Positions 50,167 through 60,858 of a stretch of 64,000 nucleotides of DNA are shown here, in pieces (the first letter of the stretch is position 1; the number at the start of each line of letters is the position of its first letter). Source of the stretch: Schmidtea nova (lineage: Eukaryota); assembly GCA_044892505.1 (NCBI GenBank), contig CM097882.1:121272001-121336000 (forward strand). Direction: 5' to 3'. Made by a program: the position numbers and the translations under genes. The notes under the pieces were generated by a model. That model was not told where the DNA came from and did no database searches. It saw only the letters and a program-made list of their open reading frames with translations.

Positions 50167-53100
50167 TTAATTCCAAATGTGGAAGACTCGCCACCTTTTC
50201 CTTTTTATCACCTCAGGAGGAAGTATTTCCTTCCAATCAATTCTTTGCATCCATGCCTCTTGCATGATGCCTTTATTTATTAGTTTTGCAACTGTGTAAA
50301 ACATTATCCGAACCTTTGTAATTTCCCCATCACGCCCCACAACCGGACTATGCAGCATACACCATTTTGTTCTATTTTCCTTTAAATTAACTTCTAATTT
50401 GATCAACTGACTCTCAATTAATTCTTCAACTCTTTTTGATTCGATCAATTCTTCGCCAGTCTTCATTACATTGTTAGAAATAGAAATTTCCCCTTTGGTA
50501 ATTATTTCCAATTTCCTTGAGACTTCTTTAACCAACTCCATGTTAGTACTAAGTCCCATTTTCAAGAAATCTTTTTCTATCATTAAAGATTTCAAGTTTA
50601 ATTTAATATTTTCAATCATTCCCAGACTGTCATTTAGTTTAATTATTAAATTACCATTTACTTCCGTCAAATCCTTCACCAAGGTTTGCTGAGAAGCGAT
50701 TTCGTCATTAGCCGCTCGAAGTTTTTCTAGGTAATCACTTTCCTTTTCTTTCATCTCCACATTTAAATGCCTTTCTTTCGCAGTAAGCTCATTTAAATAG
50801 ATTTCATTTCGTTCAATTTTTATTTCTAGTTCTCGATTTACAGCTGCCAATTTAACATTAATATCATTTACATTTTCTATCTCAGCTGACAACGTTTCTA
50901 CAGTTTCAGCCAAATTCTCTAATTTTACTTCTGATTCATTAATTTCCTTTTTACGTTCTAATTCGATCGTTTCTATTTTCTTTTGAAGAACTTCTATTTT
51001 TAAATGAAGCTGTGTTATTAAACCTGACTTGTCAGCAAGAGAGTGTTTTGTTTCGATTTCATAATTCCTCAAATTCGTTTCCTGCTCACCCTTGTGAGCT
51101 TTAACTAATGCCAGCTCGTCAAATAATTTTGAATATTCTTCAAATAAAGATTCCAATTTACTTTGAATTACATTCTTGCTTTTTGATAAATTCTCATAAT
51201 TAACCATGCAAGATTTCATTTTCGTCTCTAAATCGGCCACCTCCGTTTCTCTCAATTTTAACGACATTGTCTTGCTTCTTTCTTTTTCTAATTCCAATTC
51301 CATTTTATTTTTTCTATTTTCGAATTCAATTTTATCCTTTAGTTCTTCATTTATCAAATTCCCATTTTTCTCTTTCAAACTATTTATTTCTTTGTTCAAT
51401 TCTGAAAATGTTCTTTCTGACGATACCTCTATGGACAGAAATGTACTTCTTCCTTCTTCTTCCATTGTCCTGGAAATACCTTGATTCTTATTCTTCCAAG
51501 ATGGTTTCACCTCTATTTGCTCATTTCTAGACGCTACTCGGTGATCGGTGAAACCATATACTTCTTCCAACACGTTCCGCTTCATTTCTGCTAACTGCGA
51601 TATCCATTCAGTGACTGCTTCTACATTCTTTTCCTTTCTATTCTCCGCTCTCCATTTTGCCCACTGGAACACTAAATCCTCAGGTAATTTCTTTATTAGC
51701 GCCTGATATAGAAATCTACTTTCAATCTCATTTTTCTTGCCCAGCGCTTTAAGCCTTATCATCACTGAACTTATTAACTCTTGAAAGGCTTCCAGTTCAC
51801 CAATCGAATCTGACTGAACAGGATTAAAGCGATTTAATTCCTCCGAAATTGCGAGAAAACCTCTTTCTACACCTCCATATCGCCTGTCCAACCACGCCAA
51901 GGCTGCTTCATACGCATCTGCTGTAAACCCCAGTTGATTTACAACCCTATGTGGTTCATCCTTTAGAGATTGCTTTAAATGCAGCAACTTCTCTACCTTT
52001 GTTCCAAAGGCCGAATCCACACAGGCATCAAAGGTGGCTCTCCACTGAGCATATTCCAACGTTTTCCCATTGAACACTGGGATTTCTATCTTCTTTAATT
52101 TTTCCAACCGTTTCAATACCAAACCTTCCTGACTTTTCCCCTTGGCTCTAAGAATCTTTTCTTCCTGGACTAGTAAATTCGGTTCTTCTATCTCTTGGCT
52201 TTTAATGCTTCTGTCCATCATTCTTTTTTCTGGAAAGCGATTCGCTTCGTTTACTGTGCTTTTGTCTATCTCTAATCTTCCTAAATGTTCATTTTGCTCT
52301 TCGATAGCATCTAATTCCTGATCAAAGCGTCTGGCAGCTTCCAGGTCCCCCAACTCTTCTGCTAAGCTCTTTAGCCTGCTCCAATCCTCCAGCACTTCAT
52401 CAAAGTCTTCTTCGTATTCCTCTTGACGTTGCACGCGATCCGCTTCCGACAGGTATTCTGAGGCTCTCCTGAATAGTCTGGTGAGGTGCGTCTTCTGAAC
52501 GCAGAGCTTCTCGATCCCATTCTTTAGCTGCAACTGTTTGTCTTGGGTTTTCATACCTCCTCGTAATCTCAACCCCAAATGCAAGGTAGATTCCCTTTGC
52601 ATATTATAATAACATAATGTTCGTCCGTCTTCCAGTTGTTTTCCAGCGAAGATCAACCTTTGCTGGTCAGGCGAAATACCTTCTTTGTCTTGTATTCTCG
52701 CTTTTACATTCTCGATTGTGTCACTTGATTCAACTTCCAGGGTAATAGTTTTCCCTGATAAAGTCCTCACAAACATCTGTATACCACCTCTCAATCGTAA
52801 ACCCAATTGCCAAGTTGACTCCGTTTTATTCTCTTTCATTCGCGGACTATACTCTTTTAAACCTGTACTTGCATCACCACTTGGCCTTGAATAACAACAC
52901 AAACATTCCGCTACTTTAGCTTTATTTACACTGTCTTCACGAATACCTAATTTAATATTTTTAGCAAAATGATCATACAAATTTTTATAATTAGCTTCGT
53001 ATTGTATTATTCGTACAATACGTTCTAAGACTTTTCCCCCTAACTCTTTTCTGAATACTTTCAAAATTCTATTTTGTTGCAACATTTCCCGGTTGGTATT

Positions 53101-54885
53101 CAATATAAAATCTCCCCTGATATAACCGGTCCACCTACTAACCTCTACACCTTTAAATCTCGAGTTATCTTTTCCTATACATATTGCTTCATAAGCAGGT
53201 GACACAATTTTATCCCTTTGTCTATTTGATTCATCAAATGATCTTTTCTTATTTTTTGTTTTATCAAAATCTTTAGTTAAAGTTTGCTTTTCACCACATA
53301 CAAGTTTTGTGGGATTATCATAAGTATCCCTAAGTTTCTCACTAAAGGGCATGCTTGATTTATCACTACGGCTACCATCAAGCTTAATAACCTGTTTCAA
53401 ATACGTATTTTCAGGTGACCCATCCTTTTCGTTCTCAGACCCAACTGAGCATAAGGGAAGGGGATGGTCGCGGGGGCCCATTACCGCGCTAAATTCCCCC
53501 ATTAAATTCATTATTAATTTTAAATTTTTAATGTTTTTAGAAAAATATGCGGCGCTGTGACCACTATAAGCAATTAAGAAGCTTACCCGCCGTGCGTGGC
53601 CCCCCGAAGGGAACCACGCTCTGCTACCAATGGATCGGCGCATCCAGCTCCTTTTGATTTCCTCATTTTTTGGACTGAGAACGCGAGATTTAATCATAGA
53701 CAAATTGAAATTCTCATCACTATCCGGCAAAGGATATCCATCGGGATTGGTAAACATATCTAATATTTCCGTGCTATTATTAGTTGGCTCGGTTGTTTTA
53801 CTGTCCAGTGGAACACCGTCAACATCTAATGGCTCACCGTCATAATCGACAAGAGGTTTAACACGCAGCACATTTTCTTCGTCAACAAATTCCACTCGGT
53901 ATTTCAAATGAGTATCAAACGGTTCTACTTTTTCACCTGGTTTGATATTAGCTCCATTTCGGTGAAAGAAACACACAATGTCTTCCATTTCAAGTTTAAG
54001 GCCGCTAACTGGAACTCGGACATAATTAACATAAGTGCCATTGACACTTTGATCAGACAACCAAAACGAAAGATCATCAGCATTGTATTTTAATGTAGCA
54101 TGCAATCGACTGAATGTGCTCAGTAACATATCGGCGTCATTCTTTTTCATTTGCATAATTGTAGGCAGAAATGAGCTGTGTGTCTTGCACAATATTTGAA
54201 TCAAATTCTTGTAGATATTCCGAAATTGCGGTGGAATTGTTTTCGGGCCTTCAATCAAGAGAAAAAGAGCTAAATTCTGATTAAGAGATGAGAAAATGTT
54301 CAAAAATTCCAAAGTAATCGGATCAGATTTCTGATTGGCTGCTGCTGTTGATGGAATTGATGCATTATTGATGTTTAATTTTTTATTGAATGTATCGGAT
54401 ATATCACAGGAATGCCGTGATTGTTGAGGTAGCATAGAATAAACGGATGGGAATTCAGATTTCTCCAATTGATAACTTTGAGATCGATTGAGATTGGTTT
54501 TACGTGGAAATCCGATTTCATCTTCTGCTTTCATGAATTCCAATTGGAGGAACTCCCAAATGTTTGAGGAGCATTTCAATGAGTCGTAACAGATGAGTTT
54601 ATATTCAGCCGCTGTTAATATTTCGATATTTCCATGCCGATTGGCCAGATCTTTCCAATGAAACAGGAGATGCTTTAAAATATTGATATCTGAATGTGCC
54701 ATCAACAGAACGTCGGGCTCACCACCGAGAAATGCAAAGGCAAAATCATTTAGTGAATTCAAATCAGAAACCCAATCAAATTCAAGTCGCTCCCAAAAAA
54801 TTATATCTTCAATAAAATGAATCCCTGATGAAATATTTGAAACGACAGATAAACCGTTCAAAGATGGTAGAGAAGATAATTCCAT
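50167..54885 (-). CDS. 1572-aa chimeric polyprotein: unknown - partial FHA - Hsp90 fragment - Ub tail + ubiquitin - Pao Gag - coiled coil - Pol remnants
   Basis: Single uninterrupted ORF; each domain recognised by motif (see the sub-features). Confidence 0.88.
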   Translation of the reverse strand: MELSSLPSLNGLSVVSNISSGIHFIEDIIFWERLEFDWVSDLNSLNDFAFAFLGGEPDVLLMAHSDINILKHLLFHWKDLANRHGNIEILTAAEYKLICYDSLKCSSNIWEFLQLEFMKAEDEIGFPRKTNLNRSQSYQLEKSEFPSVYSMLPQQSRHSCDISDTFNKKLNINNASIPSTAAANQKSDPITLEFLNIFSSLNQNLALFLLIEGPKTIPPQFRNIYKNLIQILCKTHSSFLPTIMQMKKNDADMLLSTFSRLHATLKYNADDLSFWLSDQSVNGTYVNYVRVPVSGLKLEMEDIVCFFHRNGANIKPGEKVEPFDTHLKYRVEFVDEENVLRVKPLVDYDGEPLDVDGVPLDSKTTEPTNNSTEILDMFTNPDGYPLPDSDENFNLSMIKSRVLSPKNEEIKRSWMRRSIGSRAWFPSGGHARRVSFLIAYSGHSAAYFSKNIKNLKLIMNLMGEFSAVMGPRDHPLPLCSVGSENEKDGSPENTYLKQVIKLDGSRSDKSSMPFSEKLRDTYDNPTKLVCGEKQTLTKDFDKTKNKKRSFDESNRQRDKIVSPAYEAICIGKDNSRFKGVEVSRWTGYIRGDFILNTNREMLQQNRILKVFRKELGGKVLERIVRIIQYEANYKNLYDHFAKNIKLGIREDSVNKAKVAECLCCYSRPSGDASTGLKEYSPRMKENKTESTWQLGLRLRGGIQMFVRTLSGKTITLEVESSDTIENVKARIQDKEGISPDQQRLIFAGKQLEDGRTLCYYNMQRESTLHLGLRLRGGMKTQDKQLQLKNGIEKLCVQKTHLTRLFRRASEYLSEADRVQRQEEYEEDFDEVLEDWSRLKSLAEELGDLEAARRFDQELDAIEEQNEHLGRLEIDKSTVNEANRFPEKRMMDRSIKSQEIEEPNLLVQEEKILRAKGKSQEGLVLKRLEKLKKIEIPVFNGKTLEYAQWRATFDACVDSAFGTKVEKLLHLKQSLKDEPHRVVNQLGFTADAYEAALAWLDRRYGGVERGFLAISEELNRFNPVQSDSIGELEAFQELISSVMIRLKALGKKNEIESRFLYQALIKKLPEDLVFQWAKWRAENRKEKNVEAVTEWISQLAEMKRNVLEEVYGFTDHRVASRNEQIEVKPSWKNKNQGISRTMEEEGRSTFLSIEVSSERTFSELNKEINSLKEKNGNLINEELKDKIEFENRKNKMELELEKERSKTMSLKLRETEVADLETKMKSCMVNYENLSKSKNVIQSKLESLFEEYSKLFDELALVKAHKGEQETNLRNYEIETKHSLADKSGLITQLHLKIEVLQKKIETIELERKKEINESEVKLENLAETVETLSAEIENVNDINVKLAAVNRELEIKIERNEIYLNELTAKERHLNVEMKEKESDYLEKLRAANDEIASQQTLVKDLTEVNGNLIIKLNDSLGMIENIKLNLKSLMIEKDFLKMGLSTNMELVKEVSRKLEIITKGEISISNNVMKTGEELIESKRVEELIESQLIKLEVNLKENRTKWCMLHSPVVGRDGEITKVRIMFYTVAKLINKGIMQEAWMQRIDWKEILPPEVIKRKRWRVFHIWN
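50210..50364 (-). other. In-frame BEL/Pao Pol remnants (RT N-terminal motif fused to a connection/peptidase A17-like segment)
   Basis: [22 protein letters not shown] resembles WYLPHHPV.K....TKLRIVF; [18 protein letters not shown] resembles ..LQ.LW...LDWD..LP. Confidence 0.7.
51560..52554 (-). other. gag: BEL/Pao Gag region (DUF1759-like)
   Basis: [28 protein letters not shown]...KLLHLKQSL...[13 protein letters not shown]...IKKLP. Confidence 0.88.
52555..52782 (-). other. Captured ubiquitin (76 aa), preceded by the tail of another Ub unit (52783-52821)
   Basis: [12 protein letters not shown]|[76 protein letters not shown]|M. Confidence 0.97.
52825..53127 (-). other. HSP90: Captured, diverged Hsp90 middle-domain fragment
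   Basis: [19 protein letters not shown]...[31 protein letters not shown]...[12 protein letters not shown] vs Hsp90 LNISREMLQQSKILKVIRK...[31 protein letters not shown]...SLKDYCTRMKEN. Confidence 0.93.
53612..53629 (-). promoter_or_regulatory. Primer-binding site TGGTAGCAGAGCGTGGTT (complementary to the tRNA-iMet 3' end)
   Basis: 1 nt downstream of the 5' LTR's terminal CA. TGGTAGCAGAG complements the conserved animal initiator tRNA end CTCTGCTACCA. Confidence 0.88.
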
Positions 54886-56196
54886 GTTTTCAGAAAAATT
54901 AACTCAAATACAATTTACACAAAAAAACCGAAATTCAAAATAAACAACACTTTTAAAGATTTTTATTCAAGATTTCAAAAAACCCCCAACACATTATAAA
55001 AACCGTGACGCAGTCAAACAAAACAACCACAAGTCTTTTAATTCCACCATTTCCAAAAAAAAACTTCTTTAATCCAACTTCAACAACTCGCGTCTGTGTG
55101 CGCACCCCCAGTTGATTCTGATGATCTCTCTAACAAACAACTCAAATTTGGTGCATTTTGCTTCGTTATATTAATTGTAGTCAGTTTACATTGTTCAATA
55201 TCATTATAAAAATTCAAAATATCATCACTTTGACTCTTAATAAAAGATTTATCAACTTCATTTATGTTTTTACCGTAAGTATTTTTAATTGCATTTTGAA
55301 ATTGTTTTGCTTTATCGCAACCGAGTTCCCCGCTTATAATTGCCCATTTATCAGTAATATTATTATCTTCGTTGAAATAGATAGACAGAAAACGTGCAAA
55401 AGAAATGTCAAATGTTTCATTCATTTGTGCAATTTCCGGTAGAAATTGTACAATAGTGGATTTGAGTTTTTGTAATTTAATATTCAGGTTTTTCTCGAGA
55501 ATTATTAATAAATTATAGTTATTACTCACATTTATTCCACTCAAAGGGATATTGAGGGAGTTTTCAATGATTTTATGAGAAAATGATTTGAGAAATATTT
55601 TTTCTTGGTCAGTGTTGGTAAATTTTTTTTAACTTTTTACTAATGTGAAATCGAATCCATCGAATTATTTCCATTACTCGTACATCAGTTATTATATTTA
55701 AATCAAATTTCTCTTTGAATTCTGTGCTAAGATTAGAAAACTGAATTCCAATATTTTCATCGGCATCAAATTGACATTTGGAAATGAATTTCATTAAACT
55801 ACCTGGTATTTTATTGTCGTTAATATTAGAAGAACATTGTTGAGCTTCATTGACATCATCAAAGGGCATAAATTTTTTCAATTTTACAAAGCCAGAAAAC
55901 TTTTTTATGTCACTTAATGAAGAACGAACAGATTTTAAAAGATGACCAATTTCTTCAAATTCTGAAACATTGAATAGGCAATATCCGGAAAATGGATGTA
56001 GATAATATTCATTTATCTTTTTGAAATTGCAAAGTAATAGTGGTAATCACGCATATAAGATTTATATAGATTTCGATAAGACCGTCTAACGGCTTCCAGG
56101 CTCGCCCCACAATCTCTCATAGCGATCAAGCACCCAATTAATTATTTTAATTATTATTTATTTAATTTTAAAAATATTTTAGAGCGGGCGCGACCA
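53631..56196 (-). repeat. 5' LTR (2566 bp), with a TATA-like TATATAAA about 130 nt from its start and internal ORFs
   Basis: Direct repeat of 47513-50078, followed by the PBS. Confidence 0.95.
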
Positions 56197-56201
56197 CTAA
56201 G

Positions 56202-58088
56202 GATGGTATTAGAAAAGATCTCACTGGCAAAATTAAAAATTAATCCAGAAAAGTGTCAAATATTAAAAAAGAAGTTAGGTTTCTTGGACATATAATAAAC
56301 AGCGAAGGGATCCGAACAGACCAAAGTAAAATAGAAGCGATACAGTCTTTTAAAAGACCAAAATGCACAAAGAACTTAGGAAGTGTTTTAGGAATATGCA
56401 ATAATTACATACAATTTATTAAAGAATATACGAAGAAAGTTAGAGTGTTGGAAAGTATATATGGAAAAGATAATGAAAGATTAATGTGGACAGAAACATG
56501 TCAGATAGCATTCGAAGAAATAAAAAAGGTATTCGTGATGGCATCGGTGTTAGCATTTTAGAAGAGAGTTTATTCTGGACACAGGCATTAGTTTTGATGC
56601 AATTGGAGCGGTACTTTCTCAAAAGTATGATTCTGGATATGAACACGTTATTGCTTATGTATATCATGCAATGAGTAACCATGAAAAAGGCTACTGTATA
56701 ACGAGGAAAGAATTACTGGCAATATATTACTTCTGCAAAAGTTTAAATCACTATTTATTTGGGAAAAGATTTTTATTGAGAGCAGATCATAAGGCTATTA
56801 CCTTTATTTTGACAACGAAAAAGCCAATAACAGCACAATTTCTAACTTGGATCAATCATTTAAGCAGCCTTGATATAAAGATGGAATATAGGAAATGCAT
56901 TGATCATGGAAATGCGGATATCCTGTAAAGGAAAACGTGCGGAACATGTATACAATGCAAGATAGAACACGAAGAACCGAAAAGCGGACGAGTAAAAACA
57001 AGGTTATTGACAGTAACAACGGAAGGCAGCGTAAATAAGTGGCGAAACAGTAATGATGAGATAAAAGAAATAAAGAATGAAATATAAAAGTACAAGAATG
57101 GAAGATTCATCATAAAAGAAAATACAATATATACGAACAAGAACAAACTATGGACACCAAAATCGAAAAGACGAAATATGATCAAGGAGACGCATTCAAC
57201 GCAATGCTATGCAGGAACACAGAAAGTAACAAACTATATCCAACAAAATTTCAACATGGAAGATTTGGTAAAAGAAGTAAAATCAGTAATTGAAAACTGT
57301 ATTGCGTGTCAGAAAACGAAGACACTTACCATAGAGACAAAAGAAGAAGATTTTAGATGATCTATGTGGATATATGTGGATCAGTGAAAGAAACAATCAA
57401 AAGAGAAAGATACATATGTGATATCATTGACCATTACTGTAAATACATTTCTCTGTCTGCTATAGCTAAACAAGATGAAAAAACAATATTGAATATTTTG
57501 CTAAACAAATGGATATTAAGATGTTGAGCACCGAAAAAACTGCATGCAAACTGTGGGAAGTGTTTTGAGTCAAACTGTATAAAAGAATTTGCAAAGTCAA
57601 AAGGAATCGAAATAGTGTTTTCAGGTCCATATCACCAAAACACCAATGGATAAATAGAAGGGCAGTTTCGCACAATCAGAGATTATATTAACGCGTCGTT
57701 AAAAGAACAAAGCAGAAAAAGTTGGGCAGAGACATTACCGGAAATTGAATATACCTTGAATGCGATAATACAGAAAACAAGTCCGGTAGAAATCATTTTT
57801 GGAAGGAAAATTAACAGATCAGAATGGTATAGCAGTACTTCAATAGATAAAGAAAGAAAGATAAAAAGCAAGAAAACGGAAGTATCAAACGCAAAAGAGA
57901 CCAAAACAACAAGAATTTTCAATAAATGAGATACTCTATAAATAAAACGTGAGATTCGAAATAAAAAATTTGAAGGACCATATACAATAATAAAGAAAAT
58001 TCAAGAAAGAAGCTATTTTTTAGAAGATGAAGAAGGCAAAACCATAAAAAGAAATATCGAAAAAATGAAAGATTTTAAAAAAGGAGGA
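56202..58088 (+). mobile_element. Decayed gypsy element, 3' part (RT end, RNase H, integrase, PPT)
   Basis: KEVRFLGHII; YCITRKELLAIYYF...FLLRADHKA; integrase YVDICG...GPYHQNTNG. AAAAGGAGGA PPT followed by TGTGA at ~58089. Confidence 0.88.
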
Positions 58089-59557
58089 TGTGATTTGTTA
58101 ATATGAATATTTTAAAATTTGATAAAATAAATTTAATAAATATGGATTTAAAAATTAAGATTATAAATGTTATTAAATTCAAAAAATAACAGTTTAAAAT
58201 TTTAATTTTAAAATATTTTAATTTTAAATAAAATTGAAAATATAATATTAATCAGTATGTTGAATTACAGAATGTTGAATCATAGCTCATAAAATTTATC
58301 GATGCTTCAGAAAAAATATTCAAATAATATTTTTGAATATGTTTTAATGAATATAATTTTTTTGGAATTAAATCTTGTTATTAATAAAAAACAATATTAT
58401 GACTAAAGAAGAATCCGAGTGCAATTTAATTGAAACTAACAATTCTAATATGTAAAAATTCGTAGTAATAATTTTTAGTCAGACTATTGTAGCCAGAGAA
58501 TGTTGCCTCCTCCATTGATGTGGGAAATAATTTGAGAAATTAAAAACTTTATTGTAAAGATTATTATCTTACCTGAAACCCATTGATATCTTAAAATTTT
58601 CCTGTCATCAAAAGAATTTACTCCGCATAATTGAACGCTATGTCTCGGTAGAATCACTGCCACGTTTCCTCCAGCATTAGCTTTTGGTTTGACATTGTAA
58701 CCTATTATTATAATTATTGTTACTGCAATGTTCTGATAAAATATTATTTTTGTATGTATGCTACATTTTTATTTATTTATTTAATGGTATCATAATGTGA
58801 TGATTATGAAAATAATTTGAATTGATAACACTTCTTACCTAAAGTAAATAGGAATTTAAATTTGTATTAGGGATCACAAAATAATTAAATGAAATAAAGA
58901 AATAATGAATTAAAGAAGGCGAAAGATAATGACAATTATGATAAATTTTGTATTTTTGTGTCTTATAATAATAGTAAAACTGTTTGCAAAATAATACAAC
59001 ATTCACCGAAATTGTCAAGGGACAATTTTTAAGATGACTGTATCAAGTTCTATATTATTTTCTCTATTATAATAAATATTGATGTTATAATTCAAATTTT
59101 TACTCATAATCAATAATTCAAAAGATTTTCCAAAAGCTATATTATTAAAACAATAACTTCTAAAACATGGAGAATTAATTAATGAATTTTCATATAAAGG
59201 ATACCATCATATTTCAATAATTCATATATTAAGTTATATTTACAGTTAACTAATTATTTAAAATACAATTTATATTCCAGATAAATTTATTGATGAATTT
59301 ATTGCACACTTCCCTCAATTAAATTTTGTTATATACACCTGTTTTCATTCGATAAAAGTATATCTATAATATAAAAAATAAATAACCAATAGAAAATGAT
59401 AATTTACGTTGATGTTAACTGTTGGAACATTAATTAATTATTCAACACAATTATTTTAAAAACAATATTTTAAACAAATTGATTTGTTTAAATATGAGGT
59501 GATAGGGAAAATAAAAACTTTCAAATTAAACGCGTGTTTCTTTTATGAATCTTATAA

Positions 59558-59990
59558 ATGGTGTCAGCAACTCCCAAGTTGACCATGTTTCAGTCAAAAT
59601 ACCAGCAATTTTTCAGAACCAGAGTCTGTGGTTCAAACAAGTGGAGGCCAGTTTCAAGATATCAAGAATTACAGAAGAAACTACAAAATATTTTTAATTA
59701 ATTTCAAATCTTCCAACAACAATGCTATCAAAATACGAACATCTATTGGACTCAGAAACCGAGCTTCCGTACTCAACTCTGAAAGAAGCAATCCTAGCAG
59801 AATTTGAGCTACCAAGAAAAATATCGATAACAGAATTGATGAGAGAAGAATGCCTTGGAGATTGATCTCCATCAGAAGCACTTCAGCACATTACGGGACA
59901 AATACAAAGAATAGATACAGCCATGGATCCATTCAACGGTCCTATATCTCGGGAATTGTTCATGCGACTATTACCAAGTGTAATGTTCTG
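59558..59990 (+). pseudogene. Decayed gypsy gag N-terminus
   Basis: VSVKIPAIFQNQSLWFKQVEASFKISRITEETTKYF resembles gypsy gag VKLP.F...P.LWF.QVEAQF; preceded by PBS-like TGGTGTCAG. Confidence 0.55.
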
Positions 59991-60390
59991 AGTCACAGGC
60001 TGTAGTGATTTTCTCTGCAGCTCTAGAATTCAACTAACATTTTCTTCCGGATTTCGTCTGACAGTTTACGTTCTCTCTTTGGTGATTGTGCATTCCGAGA
60101 AATAAGACGTTTGTCGTCGGGTTTGTTCTATGGACCCTGGCTGTGTCAGATACTGAGTGGTATATTGAAGTTCATATATAATTTGTATGTATATTTTGTA
60201 TATAACATTTTTTGTCATTTTTTTTTGTTAATGTTTATCCATTTTTATTATTTCATCATATGCTGTGAATGAAAGTGTGATGAATAATAAAGATTGTTAT
60301 TTTTTTTAGTATGTGTTTAAATGTAAAAAATATGTTAGCAGATAACACACAAAAAAAAGATTTGTTTAAAAATTTTGAAATATAATTGTT

Positions 60391-60858
60391 ATGATAGTTT
60401 TGTATCTCTCAAAAATATTACTTTTGAAAGCCGATATTATTACAAGCTTCAAAGATAAAAAAGAGGTTAAATTAGCTATGTTTGATCTGGAAAGTCCTGT
60501 ACGCACAGAAAAATTTTAACATTGTATACACAATGGAAAAGTTTCAACAACTCAAGTAACATTTGAACCACCTTATTTAGATTTCCCAGATACGCCTATC
60601 GGTCAACCTAAATAGGATCACGTAAAAATTTTAAAGGAAGATGAAACGTTATCAATAAATTTGTATTCTATATCATTCAATACTATTAATTTTCATTGTT
60701 CATTTTTTAACGAAGAAGTTATAGCTAGTGGAGGAAATAGTTCATTTGAAATAGTTTTTTTGTCTCGTCAAGTCGACTTCATTAAAAGTTCGTTATATAT
60801 TCACACGCCTAGAGAAACTTTTCATTATAAAGTATCTGGCAATGGAAGTGAATTATGA
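60391..60858 (+). pseudogene. TMEM131: TMEM131-like N-terminal fragment with two in-frame stops
   Basis: VTFEPPYLDFPDTPIGQPK*DHV...SISFNTINFHCSFFNEEVIASGGNSSFEIVFLSRQV...LYIHT...HYKVSGNG parallels TMEM131 FEPPMLDFHEQPVGMPK...SISATTSHFHASFF...GGNTSFDVVFLARVV. TAA at 60517 and TAG at 60613. Confidence 0.7.

Larger units (their letters stand above)
47513..56196 (-). mobile_element. Non-autonomous BEL/Pao-derived LTR retroelement with giant LTRs and captured host gene fragments (8684 bp)
   Basis: 5-bp TSD CTAAG (47508-47512, 56197-56201). Two 2566-bp direct repeats with TG..CA ends (offset 6118), PBS and PPT. Removing it restores the gypsy RT frame ...KEHYNILRMVLEKISLAKLKINPEKC. Confidence 0.95.

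Noticed and set aside
50167-54885. An ordinary host gene (Hsp90, polyubiquitin or an FHA E3 ligase)
   Set aside because: Each host-like part is a fragment, intronless and fused to Pao Gag inside LTR boundaries.
47513-56196. The 2.57-kb duplication as a segmental duplication, assembly error or Helitron capture
   Set aside because: Exact TG..CA ends, a 5-bp TSD, a correctly placed PBS and PPT, and restoration of the interrupted gypsy RT frame all indicate an LTR-integrase insertion.
60391-60858. Alternative genetic code (TAA/TAG read as sense)
   Set aside because: Long intact ORFs in the window end normally at TAA, and only this fragment and clearly decayed transposons show internal stops; pseudogenisation is simpler.
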